The position numbers and the translations under genes were made by a program. The notes beneath the pieces are model-generated. The model had not been told where the DNA came from, searched no databases, and saw nothing but the letters and a program-made list of their open reading frames with translations. DNA of 59,171 nt from an uncultured Verrucomicrobiota bacterium (GTDB lineage Bacteria > Verrucomicrobiota > Verrucomicrobiia > Limisphaerales > J093). This document shows positions 13,962 through 22,505 of this stretch, in pieces; within the stretch, counting starts at the first letter, position 1, and each line of letters starts with the position of its first letter. The stretch is from assembly GCA_964601985.1 (NCBI GenBank), contig CAZRPT010000126.1, forward strand, positions 1 to 59,171. Reading direction: 5' to 3'.

Positions 13962-15188
13962 TCAGTAATCTCTGCGATGGGTGTAAACGTTGTGTAAAAG
14001 TCCGAGGGCGAGGAGCGTGCAGAGCACGAACGTCCCGCCGTAACTGAGCAGGGGCAACGGCAGCCCGGTCACCGGCATCAGCCGGATGTTCATGCCGATG
14101 TTGATGAACACGTGGCAGAACAGGAGGGACACCACCCCCACGGCGAGCAGCTTGCCCAGCGCGTCCCGGGCCTTGCTGGCGATCTTCAACCCGCTGAAGA
14201 ACACCACGCTGTAGAGGCCCAGCACCAGCACGCTGCCCACAAAACCGCTTTCCTCGGCGATCACCGAGAAGATGAAATCGTTGTGCGCCACCCCGCGCGG
14301 CAGGTAGCCCAGGGCGTTCTGGGTGCCCTGCCGCCAGCCCTTGCCCCAGAGCCCGCCCGAGCCCACGGAGATCAGCGCCTGGTCCACGTTGTAGGCGGCG
14401 TCCCGGTAGGCCCGCAGGGCGGCGATGCGCTCCGCCTCGGTGGCGTCCGGCGGGATGACCGGATGGCCGAAATACACCATGATCCGCCGCTGCTGGTAGG
14501 GTTCGAGCTTGATCGGCTGCCACTCCGGCGGCAGCCAGAACACGTCCGCCACCAGCAGCAGCATGCCCGCCAGTCCCGCGCCGATCAGCCGGCGCAGATA
14601 CCGCCCGGGCACGCCGGCCACGAACATCATCACCACCCCCACCGGCAGGAACACCAGGGCCGACCCCAGGTCCGGCTCCAGCAGCACCAGCACGAAGGGC
14701 AGCCCCGCCAGGCCCAGCGCGGTGAAAAAGGTCCGCGCCCGTCGCAGGTCCGCCGGCGGACGGCAAAGGTAGCCGGCCAGCGCCATGATGGTGGTCAGCT
14801 TGGCCAGCTCCGAGGGCTGGAACTGAAGCACGCCGAGGTCAATCCACCGCCGCGCCCCCCAGCCGTGGGTGGTTCCGATGCCGGGAACCAGCACCAGCAC
14901 CAAAGCCGCGATCGAGCCCCAGTAGGCCACCATCGCCCAGCGCATGATCCGGCGGTAATCCGACCGCGCCGCGACCACGGCCAGTCCCGTGCCCAGCCCG
15001 TACCAGATCACCTGCCGGAACCAGCCCTGCCGGAACCACGGCCGCTGGTCCGCCCCCGCGTGGGCGAGGGTGGCGCTGGCCACGAACAGCGCGCCCAGGA
15101 CCATCAACCCCGCCACCGCCACCAGCAGCGGCCATTCCACCCGCCGTTCCCGGTAATTGAAGTAAGGAGTCGCCGCGCGCATGATCAT
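13962..15188 (-). CDS. rodA: Rod shape-determining protein RodA (SEDS family peptidoglycan polymerase)
   Basis: FtsW/RodA/SpoVE-type 10-TM protein. Its start overlaps the mrdA stop (tcat at 15185..15188). Confidence 0.9.
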   Translation of the reverse strand: MIMRAATPYFNYRERRVEWPLLVAVAGLMVLGALFVASATLAHAGADQRPWFRQGWFRQVIWYGLGTGLAVVAARSDYRRIMRWAMVAYWGSIAALVLVLVPGIGTTHGWGARRWIDLGVLQFQPSELAKLTTIMALAGYLCRPPADLRRARTFFTALGLAGLPFVLVLLEPDLGSALVFLPVGVVMMFVAGVPGRYLRRLIGAGLAGMLLLVADVFWLPPEWQPIKLEPYQQRRIMVYFGHPVIPPDATEAERIAALRAYRDAAYNVDQALISVGSGGLWGKGWRQGTQNALGYLPRGVAHNDFIFSVIAEESGFVGSVLVLGLYSVVFFSGLKIASKARDALGKLLAVGVVSLLFCHVFINIGMNIRLMPVTGLPLPLLSYGGTFVLCTLLALGLLHNVYTHRRDY

Positions 15189-17137
15189 CTTGCCAGGGCC
15201 AGCGGCGTGTCCGGGGACAAGCCCGCCCGCTCCCGTCGTTCAATGGCCTGATAAATCCGCCGGGCCACCGGCGCGCAGGTCCTGCCGCCGGACGCGCCGC
15301 TTTCGACCATCACCACCACCGCGTAATGGGGGTGTTCGTAGGGGCCGAAACTGGCGAACCAGGTGATCTTGTCCTTCCGGCGCCCCGCGCGCTCGACCTC
15401 GGCGGTGCCGGTCTTGCCGCCCACCCGGAAATGCTTCAGCAGGGGCGTCCGCCGGTCGCGGGCGTGAAAGGCGCGAAACGCCGTGCCCTCCCGCTCCTCG
15501 GTGTCCGCCAGCATGGCCCGCCGCAGCAGCGCGAGAAATTTCGGGTCCGTCCCGAGCGTGCCCCGCACCCGCGGCGGAAAGGTCGTGGTCCGCTGTCCCA
15601 GGCTGGCCTCGGCGGGCTCCACCCGCAGGACCAGCCGCGGCGCGAACACCCGTCCGCCGTTGGCCACCGCCGCCGTCATCACCGCCATCTGCAGCGGCGT
15701 CACGGTGATTTCCTGGCCGATGCAGACGTTGGCCACGTTGCCCCGGCCCCAGCGCCGGCGGGCCTGTTTGACCGACGGGAAAAAGCCCCCCACCTCCTGC
15801 CGCGTCGGCAGGCCGATCTTTTCGCCGAGGAACAACCGGTGCCCCGCCTCCAACAGGGCGTCCAGCCCCGCCCGCAGACCGCAGTCAATGAAGTAGGTGT
15901 TGCTCGAGCGCTTGAAGGCGCGCACGAAATCGTACCGGCCCGGCGGCGCGGTGTCGTCAATCCGCCGCCGCCCGATGCGGAAGTAACCGGGATTCTCGAA
16001 CTGGTTGGTCAAATTCCGGAACGTCAGCACGCCCCGGTCGAAACAGGCCAGCGCGGTCACCAGCTTGAAGATCGAGCCCGGCGGATACGCCCCCTGGGTG
16101 GCGCGGTTGAAGATGGGACGGAAGATCGGGTTGTTCATCCACTCCTCCCAGCGGGTGGCGCTGATCGGGGCGAGAAACTCGTTCGGATCGTAGGCGGGCG
16201 CCGACACCATCGCCAGCACGTCGCCGTTGGTCACGTCCATCACCACCACCGCTCCGCGCACGTAGGCGCCGAGGGCGCGCAGGGACGAGACCGCCGCCCG
16301 TTGCAGCTCCACGTCGAGGGCCAGCCGCACGTTGCGCCCCGGCACGGCGGTCTTCCACGTCGTCTCCCCCTCCCGGTAGCACAGGCTGTCCACCACCACC
16401 GATTTCAGGCCCGGCCGCCCGCGCAGGTCGGCGTCGAATCCCCACTCGATGCCCACCGCGCCCTGGTAGGTGGGCTGGCTGTAGTTGAACGGCAGTTCCT
16501 CGTCGCTCAGCGCCTGGTCGTCCCGGGTCAAGTAGCCCAGCACGTGCGCGGCCATCGGGCCGTGGGGATAATACCGCCGCGGCAGCACCTCCAGATCCAC
16601 CCCCGGCAGATACTCCGCCCGTTCCAGAAACCGCGCCACCTGCTCGGGGGTGAGGTTTTCCCGGATCGAAAACGGCCGGTAGGGCCATTGATGGTGGTGC
16701 CGGTCGTAGGCGCGCGGATCGAGGGTCAGCGCCGCGCCGATGACCTTGCCGACCCGTTGCACGAGGTTGCTGGCCACGACGTACCGGGCCTGCCGGGCCA
16801 GGGCGCGGCGTTCGAGCCGGTTCAACCGCCGTCCGTCGCGCAACCGGGTGTATTCCTGGTTGAACAGCGACCGCAGCTCGTCAATGTAGAGCACCAGGTT
16901 GTAGCTGGGCCGGTTCTCCGCCAGCACCACCCCCGCCCGGTCGTAAATCTTCCCCCGCACCGCCGGCACCCGCACCGTGCGAAAGGTCTGTTTCTGGATG
17001 CGCGAGCTGTATTTGGGGGCCGAGACGATCTGCACGAACCACAGCCCGCCCAGCAGCAGCAGCAGGCCGCTCAAGATGCCGTAGCCCACCGCCCGCACCC
17101 GGGCGTCTCCGCGAGGAACATGTTCGATGGACTCCAT
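15185..17137 (-). CDS. mrdA: Penicillin-binding protein 2 (elongasome transpeptidase)
   Basis: Motifs seen: SxxK (GSIFK), SxN (SSN) and KTG (GKTGTAE), plus an N-terminal TM anchor. I chose the ATG at 17137 (MESIEHV...) within ORF 15185..17305. Confidence 0.9.
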   Translation of the reverse strand: MESIEHVPRGDARVRAVGYGILSGLLLLLGGLWFVQIVSAPKYSSRIQKQTFRTVRVPAVRGKIYDRAGVVLAENRPSYNLVLYIDELRSLFNQEYTRLRDGRRLNRLERRALARQARYVVASNLVQRVGKVIGAALTLDPRAYDRHHHQWPYRPFSIRENLTPEQVARFLERAEYLPGVDLEVLPRRYYPHGPMAAHVLGYLTRDDQALSDEELPFNYSQPTYQGAVGIEWGFDADLRGRPGLKSVVVDSLCYREGETTWKTAVPGRNVRLALDVELQRAAVSSLRALGAYVRGAVVVMDVTNGDVLAMVSAPAYDPNEFLAPISATRWEEWMNNPIFRPIFNRATQGAYPPGSIFKLVTALACFDRGVLTFRNLTNQFENPGYFRIGRRRIDDTAPPGRYDFVRAFKRSSNTYFIDCGLRAGLDALLEAGHRLFLGEKIGLPTRQEVGGFFPSVKQARRRWGRGNVANVCIGQEITVTPLQMAVMTAAVANGGRVFAPRLVLRVEPAEASLGQRTTTFPPRVRGTLGTDPKFLALLRRAMLADTEEREGTAFRAFHARDRRTPLLKHFRVGGKTGTAEVERAGRRKDKITWFASFGPYEHPHYAVVVMVESGASGGRTCAPVARRIYQAIERRERAGLSPDTPLALAR

Positions 17138-17145
17138 GGCGTGGT

Positions 17146-17700
17146 TCAATAACGGCCCCGCAGAATTTCGCGGTCCGGTCGAAAAGCGCTCGTCTCCACC
17201 ACGGGATGGGCGAACCAGCGATCCAGCCGGCCCATCCCCCGGAACACCACCGGCGTCAGCAGCCCGCCGGTCACCGCCAGCGCCACCCACTGGCCCGCCA
17301 GCCACCAGCCCAGCACCGGCGGCGGACCGAAGGTCATCACCAGCCCCAGCGTAAACAGCGGAATCACCGCGCTGGCGATCGTGCCCAGCGTCAGTTGGGC
17401 GAACACCAGCTCCCGCGACAACAGGTCCCGGCGCGCGTGCAGGAACCAGCCGGTCAAATAGAGCGGCAGGATGCTGGCCCCCAGCGGATTGGCCGACCAG
17501 GAATCCCGCGCCAGCCCGCCCAGCACCGCCACCAGGCGCCAGCCGCCGGGCCGCCGGCCGAGGGCCGCGCAGACCAGCAGCGGCGGCAGCAAGTCCAGCG
17601 GCGCGCCCAGCCAGCGCCGGGGCAGGTCCCAGGCGGCGGCGAGGAACACCGCCAGCACCGCCAGCCCGCCGAAGATCAGGGATCGCGCGGTTTCACTCAT
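17146..17700 (-). CDS. mreD: Rod shape-determining protein MreD
   Basis: 184-aa polytopic membrane protein starting MSETARSLIFGG, at the internal ATG of ORF 17146..18486. It lies between mreC and mrdA and overlaps the mreC stop by 4 nt. Confidence 0.75.
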   Translation of the reverse strand: MSETARSLIFGGLAVLAVFLAAAWDLPRRWLGAPLDLLPPLLVCAALGRRPGGWRLVAVLGGLARDSWSANPLGASILPLYLTGWFLHARRDLLSRELVFAQLTLGTIASAVIPLFTLGLVMTFGPPPVLGWWLAGQWVALAVTGGLLTPVVFRGMGRLDRWFAHPVVETSAFRPDREILRGRY

Positions 17701-18503
17701 GGCATCACCACCATCACTTCCCGCAACCGGCTGGTGTCCGCCAGCAACCGCACCCGCGCCTCGGTGTACAAGCCGTAGCCCACCGTGCGCCAGTCCACCA
17801 CCGTGCCCACCGGCAATCCGGCCGGAAAGATGCCGCCCAGCCCGCTGGTGTACACCGTCTGGCCCGGCTGCAACCGGGTGCTGCGCGGCAGATGGGTCAG
17901 GGTCACCAGCCGGTGGTCCCACAATCCGCCCGCCAACTGGGTCAGCACGCCGTTCTCGCCGGTTTCCCGCACCACCACCGCCACCCGGCATTTGGGCTCG
18001 CCCACCAGCAGCACCTCGGAGGTCACCTCCCCCACCGTGCCCAGGCGGCCCACCAGCCCTTCGGCGGCCAGCACGGGGAGATTGGGTTTCAAGCCGTCGC
18101 GGAGGCCGGCGTTGATGAACACCGTGCGCCACCAGGCGGCCGGGTCGCGGGCAATCACCCGCGCGGCCTTCAGCCGCCAGGGACTCGTCTGCCGCCAGCC
18201 CAGCAGCTCGCGCAGCCGGCGGTTTTCCTCCCGGGCGGTCCGGGCCTGCTCCAGCTCGATCCGCAGCCGGCGGTTTTCCGCTTCGAGCGCCGTCAGCCGG
18301 CGCCGCAACACCCGCCGGGGCGTCACCGCGTCCGCCGCGAGCGCGGTCAGCTCCCGGGCCGCCCCCACCGCGCCGAACAGGGGCAGATACACCCCGCCCA
18401 CCACCTGTTTGATCCGGGTGGCGGCCGTCGGCGGCAGGCTCAGCAGGGTCAGCGTCAACAGCAGCACTCCGCCGAAAGCAAGCCATTGCGGTTTACTCGA
18501 CAT
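17697..18503 (-). CDS. mreC: Rod shape-determining protein MreC
   Basis: N-terminal TM segment, a coiled coil (LEAENRRLRIELEQAR) and a beta-rich C-terminal domain. It occupies the canonical position after mreB. Confidence 0.85.
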   Translation of the reverse strand: MSSKPQWLAFGGVLLLTLTLLSLPPTAATRIKQVVGGVYLPLFGAVGAARELTALAADAVTPRRVLRRRLTALEAENRRLRIELEQARTAREENRRLRELLGWRQTSPWRLKAARVIARDPAAWWRTVFINAGLRDGLKPNLPVLAAEGLVGRLGTVGEVTSEVLLVGEPKCRVAVVVRETGENGVLTQLAGGLWDHRLVTLTHLPRSTRLQPGQTVYTSGLGGIFPAGLPVGTVVDWRTVGYGLYTEARVRLLADTSRLREVMVVMP

Positions 18504-18563
18504 CTATTTGCCTGTTCCATCGGTCAGGCAAACGCATTCGACGTCCGGTCCGGACGGTTGGTT

Positions 18564-19586
18564 TTAATGCGCGGAGGCGACTCTCTTGAGGAAGGAGATT
18601 TCCTGCAACACCCGGCCGGTCCCCTCGGCCACCGCCGTGAGGGGGTCGTCCGCGATGTGCACGGGCAAATACGTTTCTTCCGCCACCAGCCGGTCAATCC
18701 AGCGCAGCAGCGCGCCGCCGCCGGCCATGACAATGCCCCGGTCCACCAAATCCGACGCCAACTCCGGGGGACAGCGTTCCAGGGTGATGCGGATGGCTTC
18801 CAAAATGCTCGAAAGCGGTTCCTTCAAGGCCTCGCGAATCTCCTCGGACCCCACCGTGATGGTCTTGGGCAGGCCGGTGCTCAAATCCCGGCCCTTGACG
18901 TCCATCGTCAATTCCTCTTCCAAAGGATACGCGGAGCCGATGCGAATCTTGATTTCCTCCGCCGTGCGTTCGCCAATCAACAAATTGTGCGCCCGTTTCA
19001 TGTGCGCCACGATCGTCTCGTCGAACTCGTCCCCGCCCACCCGCAGACTGCGGCTGAACACGATGCCCGCCAGCGAGATGATCGCCATTTCGCAGGTTCC
19101 GCCCCCGATGTCCACGATCATGTTGCCCGCCGGCTCATGCACCGGCAGCCCCACCCCGATGGCCGAGGCCATGGGCTGTTCGATCAAAAACACCTCCCGG
19201 GCCCCCGCATGGGTGACCGCGTCCTTGACCGCCCGCCTTTCGACCTCGGTGATGCCCGACGGGACGGCCACCACCACTCGCGGCGCGATCAATTTCCGGT
19301 TGTGCACCCGCCGAATGAAATACCGCAACATGGCCCCGGTGACGTCAAAGTCCGCGATCACGCCGTCCTTCATCGGGCGGATGGCGACAATGCTCCCCGG
19401 AGTGCGCCCCAGCATCCGTTTGGCCTCCTCCCCGACCGCCAGCACCGTGTTGGTGCCGGCCTGGGTGGCCACCACGGACGGTTCCCGCAGCACGATGCCG
19501 CGATCCCTCAGGTACACCAGCGAGTTCGCGGTGCCCAGATCGATCCCGATATCGTTGGAGAACAGGCTTTTAAGTTGCTCAAACAT
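18564..19586 (-). CDS. mreB: Rod shape-determining actin homologue MreB
   Basis: The ATG at 19586 gives [25 protein letters not shown]... (340 aa), with actin-fold phosphate-binding motifs throughout. Confidence 0.95.
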   Translation of the reverse strand: MFEQLKSLFSNDIGIDLGTANSLVYLRDRGIVLREPSVVATQAGTNTVLAVGEEAKRMLGRTPGSIVAIRPMKDGVIADFDVTGAMLRYFIRRVHNRKLIAPRVVVAVPSGITEVERRAVKDAVTHAGAREVFLIEQPMASAIGVGLPVHEPAGNMIVDIGGGTCEMAIISLAGIVFSRSLRVGGDEFDETIVAHMKRAHNLLIGERTAEEIKIRIGSAYPLEEELTMDVKGRDLSTGLPKTITVGSEEIREALKEPLSSILEAIRITLERCPPELASDLVDRGIVMAGGGALLRWIDRLVAEETYLPVHIADDPLTAVAEGTGRVLQEISFLKRVASAH

Positions 19587-19712
19587 GAAACGTGCCTGGC
19601 ACGTCTCCCAACTTACGAAGCGCCCCTCCCTCCGGTCAAGATTATTAGCCGACGGGAGACGAAAAACGCCCCGCCCCCTTCGCCGGCGGCCGGGTCGGGC
19701 GGACATTCCGGA

Positions 19713-19745
19713 CCTTCGGCTCGCGGAATTCGGATTTTCCCCGTC
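19713..19745. repeat. Isolated fragment of the arm motif of the intergenic repeat family
   Basis: ccttcggctcgcggaattcggattttcccc matches the right arm of the 34955..35200 element (cggaattcggatttcc) nearly exactly. Confidence 0.45.
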
Positions 19746-19790
19746 GCGAAGCCGCCTCCTCTCCACCCGGTGGCCCGGAACGGCAGGGGA

Positions 19791-20042
19791 TCAGTGCCCG
19801 CAAAGCAGGTCGTTGGGGGCGGTGAAACCTGACGCGGAATCCACGAATTTGCCCCGGGCGATGAGAAAATCAATGCACTCCTCCACGGTCAGCCCCCCGC
19901 TGCCGCAGGTGGCAAAGCGGGCGTCGGGGCCGAAACGCTCGATGATGGCCGCCCGGAGCGTCTCCCGGGTGTAGTTGACCCCGGAATCCATCATCATCTG
20001 GATGATCTCATGGACGTGCACTTCGTTGTTCTCGTTATTCAT
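19791..20042 (-). CDS. YecH-like (DUF2492) putative metal-binding protein
   Basis: 83 aa from the ATG at 20042: MNNENNEVHVHEIIQMM...RFGPDARFATCGSGGLTVEECIDFLIARGKFV...LLCGH. The length, His/Cys placement and C-terminal CxH resemble the YecH family. Confidence 0.6.
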   Translation of the reverse strand: MNNENNEVHVHEIIQMMMDSGVNYTRETLRAAIIERFGPDARFATCGSGGLTVEECIDFLIARGKFVDSASGFTAPNDLLCGH

Positions 20043-20095
20043 GATATTAAAACTCGTTCTCAGCCATCTCATGGAATGGCTGTGTTTCGGAAATG

Positions 20096-20109
20096 CAAAT
20101 AATTATTTG
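20096..20109. promoter_or_regulatory. Perfect 14-bp AT-rich palindrome CAAATAATTATTTG (Fur-family-like operator candidate)
   Basis: It lies 54-67 nt upstream of the yecH-like start, inside the only strongly AT-rich intergenic stretch of this part of the window. A 6-bp hairpin, agccat/atggct (20062..20081), lies in the presumed leader. Confidence 0.35.
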
Positions 20110-20225
20110 TGGGCAAACTCTAAGAAAAAACAGTCAGGCTGTCAGGGATATTTGCCGGAGGAAACCGGCGGCGGAGCTGGCGTTTTTGCGTGGTGGGCGG
20201 ATTTCGGAAATGCCGAGCCGCGCGT

Positions 20226-21467
20226 TCAAGCGCGCAGCCTTTCCGCATAAGCCGCCACCTTGTGGATCGCCTCGATGGCCCGGGCGATTTGTGGCGCTTC
20301 GCCCAGCAGCACGGTATGCGGAATCCACACGGCGTCGCGACACACCTGCTCGCACACCGGGCAGTCCACCGACCGGTAATCCACCCCCTTGGCCGCCAGG
20401 GGCGCGGTGACGCCGTGCGGCGGGCCTTGGTGGGCGTTGGCGAAGAGGCCGTTGCGATACAACGGGCGATACCAGCCTTCGGACACCGGCAGCCCCTCCG
20501 CCTGGAGGGCCTCGATGAACCGCGCCCGGCTCAGGCCGAAGGCGGCTTCGTCCAGGCGGAAGATGTAAAGGTGATAGCTCCGCCGGGTCATTTCCGGCGC
20601 GGGCGCCTGCGGGCGCAGACCGGGCAGCTCGGCCAACGCGGCGTCCAGCCGACGGGCGTTTTCCTCGCGTCGGGCCAGTTGGGCGGGCAGGCGTTCGAGC
20701 TGGGCCAGCAGGATGGCGGCTTGAAACTCGGTCATCCGCAGGTTGCTGCCCAGCCAGTCGTGATCGTACCAGGCGGTGTCCTTGCGCCGGCCGCAATGGC
20801 TGAAACTGCGGCACAGATCCGCCAGCTCCTCGTCGTTCGTGACCAGGATGCCGCCCTCGCCGGCGGTGAGGTTCTTGGAGACCTGAAAACTGAACGTGCC
20901 CGCCCGGCCCCACGTGCCCGCGCCGCGTCCCCGCCATTGACTGCCCCAGGCGTGGGCGGCGTCTTCCAGCACCTGCAAGCCGTGCTCGGCGGCGAGGGCG
21001 TTCAGCCGTTCCATGTCGGCCATCCGCCCGCCCACGTGCACGGGCACAATCGCCCGGGTGCGCGGGGTGATTTTGCGCGCCACGTCGGCGGGATCGAGGC
21101 ACAGCGTGTCCGGGTCAATGTCCGCGAACACCGGAATGGCGCCAAGGGTCACCACGGCGCTGGCGGTGGCGATGAAGGTGTAGGGGGGCACGATCACCTC
21201 GTCGCCCTCGACCACGCCCAACGCCCGCAGTCCCATCTCGAGGGCGGTGGTGCCGTTGGTGCAGGTCACGGCAAACCGGCTGCCCTGAAAGGCGGCGTAG
21301 GCGGCCTCGAACTCGCGCACCCGCTCGCCGAACCACCATTGGCCGGAGCGGAGCACCTCGAGCAGACGACGCTCCTCGTTGGCGTCGTGTTGCGGCCAGG
21401 AGGGCCAGTCGAAAGCACAGGCCCGGGGACCGCCCCGCAAGGCGGGTTGGGGCAGGTCGGCGCTCAT
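20226..21467 (-). CDS. DegT/DnrJ/EryC1/StrS family PLP-dependent sugar aminotransferase
   Basis: Motifs seen: CTNGTTALEMGL, DEVIVPPYTFIAT and the PLP lysine region FSFQVSKNLTAGEGG. Confidence 0.85.
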   Translation of the reverse strand: MSADLPQPALRGGPRACAFDWPSWPQHDANEERRLLEVLRSGQWWFGERVREFEAAYAAFQGSRFAVTCTNGTTALEMGLRALGVVEGDEVIVPPYTFIATASAVVTLGAIPVFADIDPDTLCLDPADVARKITPRTRAIVPVHVGGRMADMERLNALAAEHGLQVLEDAAHAWGSQWRGRGAGTWGRAGTFSFQVSKNLTAGEGGILVTNDEELADLCRSFSHCGRRKDTAWYDHDWLGSNLRMTEFQAAILLAQLERLPAQLARREENARRLDAALAELPGLRPQAPAPEMTRRSYHLYIFRLDEAAFGLSRARFIEALQAEGLPVSEGWYRPLYRNGLFANAHQGPPHGVTAPLAAKGVDYRSVDCPVCEQVCRDAVWIPHTVLLGEAPQIARAIEAIHKVAAYAERLRA

Positions 21468-22246
21468 TGCGAGACGGAGGAGCCGGGATACCAGTCGCGC
21501 AGACGCACCTCGATGCCGGATTCGGCGGCCAGAAGTTTTTTGAATCGCTGCAAGTCAGTGGGCGGCTGGCCCTGGTAGTGGTACGGATAGACCACCTTGG
21601 GACGAAAGGCCCGCACGGCGGCGGCCGCCTGCTCCACGGTCATCGTGTAGGGCAGATTCATGCAGACGAAGGCGATGTCAATGTGCTTCAGCGCCCGCAT
21701 CTCCGGAATGTCCTCCGTGTCGCCACTGAGGTAAATCCGTTTGCCGCCCAGCGTCAGCACGTAGCCGTTGTCGCGGCCCGAAGGATGGTAGATCAACCGC
21801 TCCGGCGTGGTGTTGTGGGCGGGAACGGCTTCCACCGGAATGCCGTCCACCTTGGCCTTCTGGCCGTTGGTGAGCATCCGGGTTTGCGACCGCAGCCGCC
21901 GGGGCAATTGCCGGGCCACCGAGGGCGGAGCCACGACGGGAATTCCCCGGGGCACCACGGCCAGCAACGTCTCCACGTTGAAATGATCGAAATGCTCGTG
22001 AGTGATGAGCACCAGCGTGGGCGCGGGCAGGCCGGCGAACGCCCGGGCGCCCCCCACCGGATCCACGTAAATAACGTGCCCGTTCCAACTCAACGCCAGC
22101 GTGGCATGGTGAATGGGATGCACCACCACATCGCCGTGCTGGGCGGGGAAGTGGTCGCCTGACAACGGAATCGAATCCGCCGCCGCGCCGCTCACCGCGC
22201 CGCCGCCCAACCAGCCGCCCAGCAGAATGGTCGCCAAAATCTTCAT
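21464..22246 (-). CDS. Secreted MBL-fold metallo-hydrolase
   Basis: The ATG at 22246 gives the signal peptide MKILATILLGGWLGGGAVSGAAA. HEHFDH (HxHxDH) motif. Its stop overlaps the DegT start (ATGA). Confidence 0.75.
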   Translation of the reverse strand: MKILATILLGGWLGGGAVSGAAADSIPLSGDHFPAQHGDVVVHPIHHATLALSWNGHVIYVDPVGGARAFAGLPAPTLVLITHEHFDHFNVETLLAVVPRGIPVVAPPSVARQLPRRLRSQTRMLTNGQKAKVDGIPVEAVPAHNTTPERLIYHPSGRDNGYVLTLGGKRIYLSGDTEDIPEMRALKHIDIAFVCMNLPYTMTVEQAAAAVRAFRPKVVYPYHYQGQPPTDLQRFKKLLAAESGIEVRLRDWYPGSSVSQ

Positions 22247-22505
22247 CCCGCCAAAATGAGCCGGATTGCCCGACATTTCAAATCCCAAGCCCCCATTCGG
22301 GGGGAAAGCGCAGATCGCAACCCCTTCCGTTGGTTCCGCTGGCGGTGCCGGTGCCCCGGCCGGTCGTAGCGCTTCCGCCGGCGTCCTCCTCCCCGTATCT
22401 TGGTTTTCCCCCGTGTGGTGTCTTTTTTTGTGAGGCAATTCGCGCCGGTTCGCGCGCGGTGTTCCGGGGATTGCCGAAAGGAGGCGGGGAGCGTAGATTG
22501 CGGCC

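Noticed and set aside
19597-19612. TGGCAC at 19599 as a sigma-54 -24 element
   Set aside because: No GC dinucleotide occurs at the -12 register (TGGCACgtctcccaac). On that strand there is also no downstream gene to drive.
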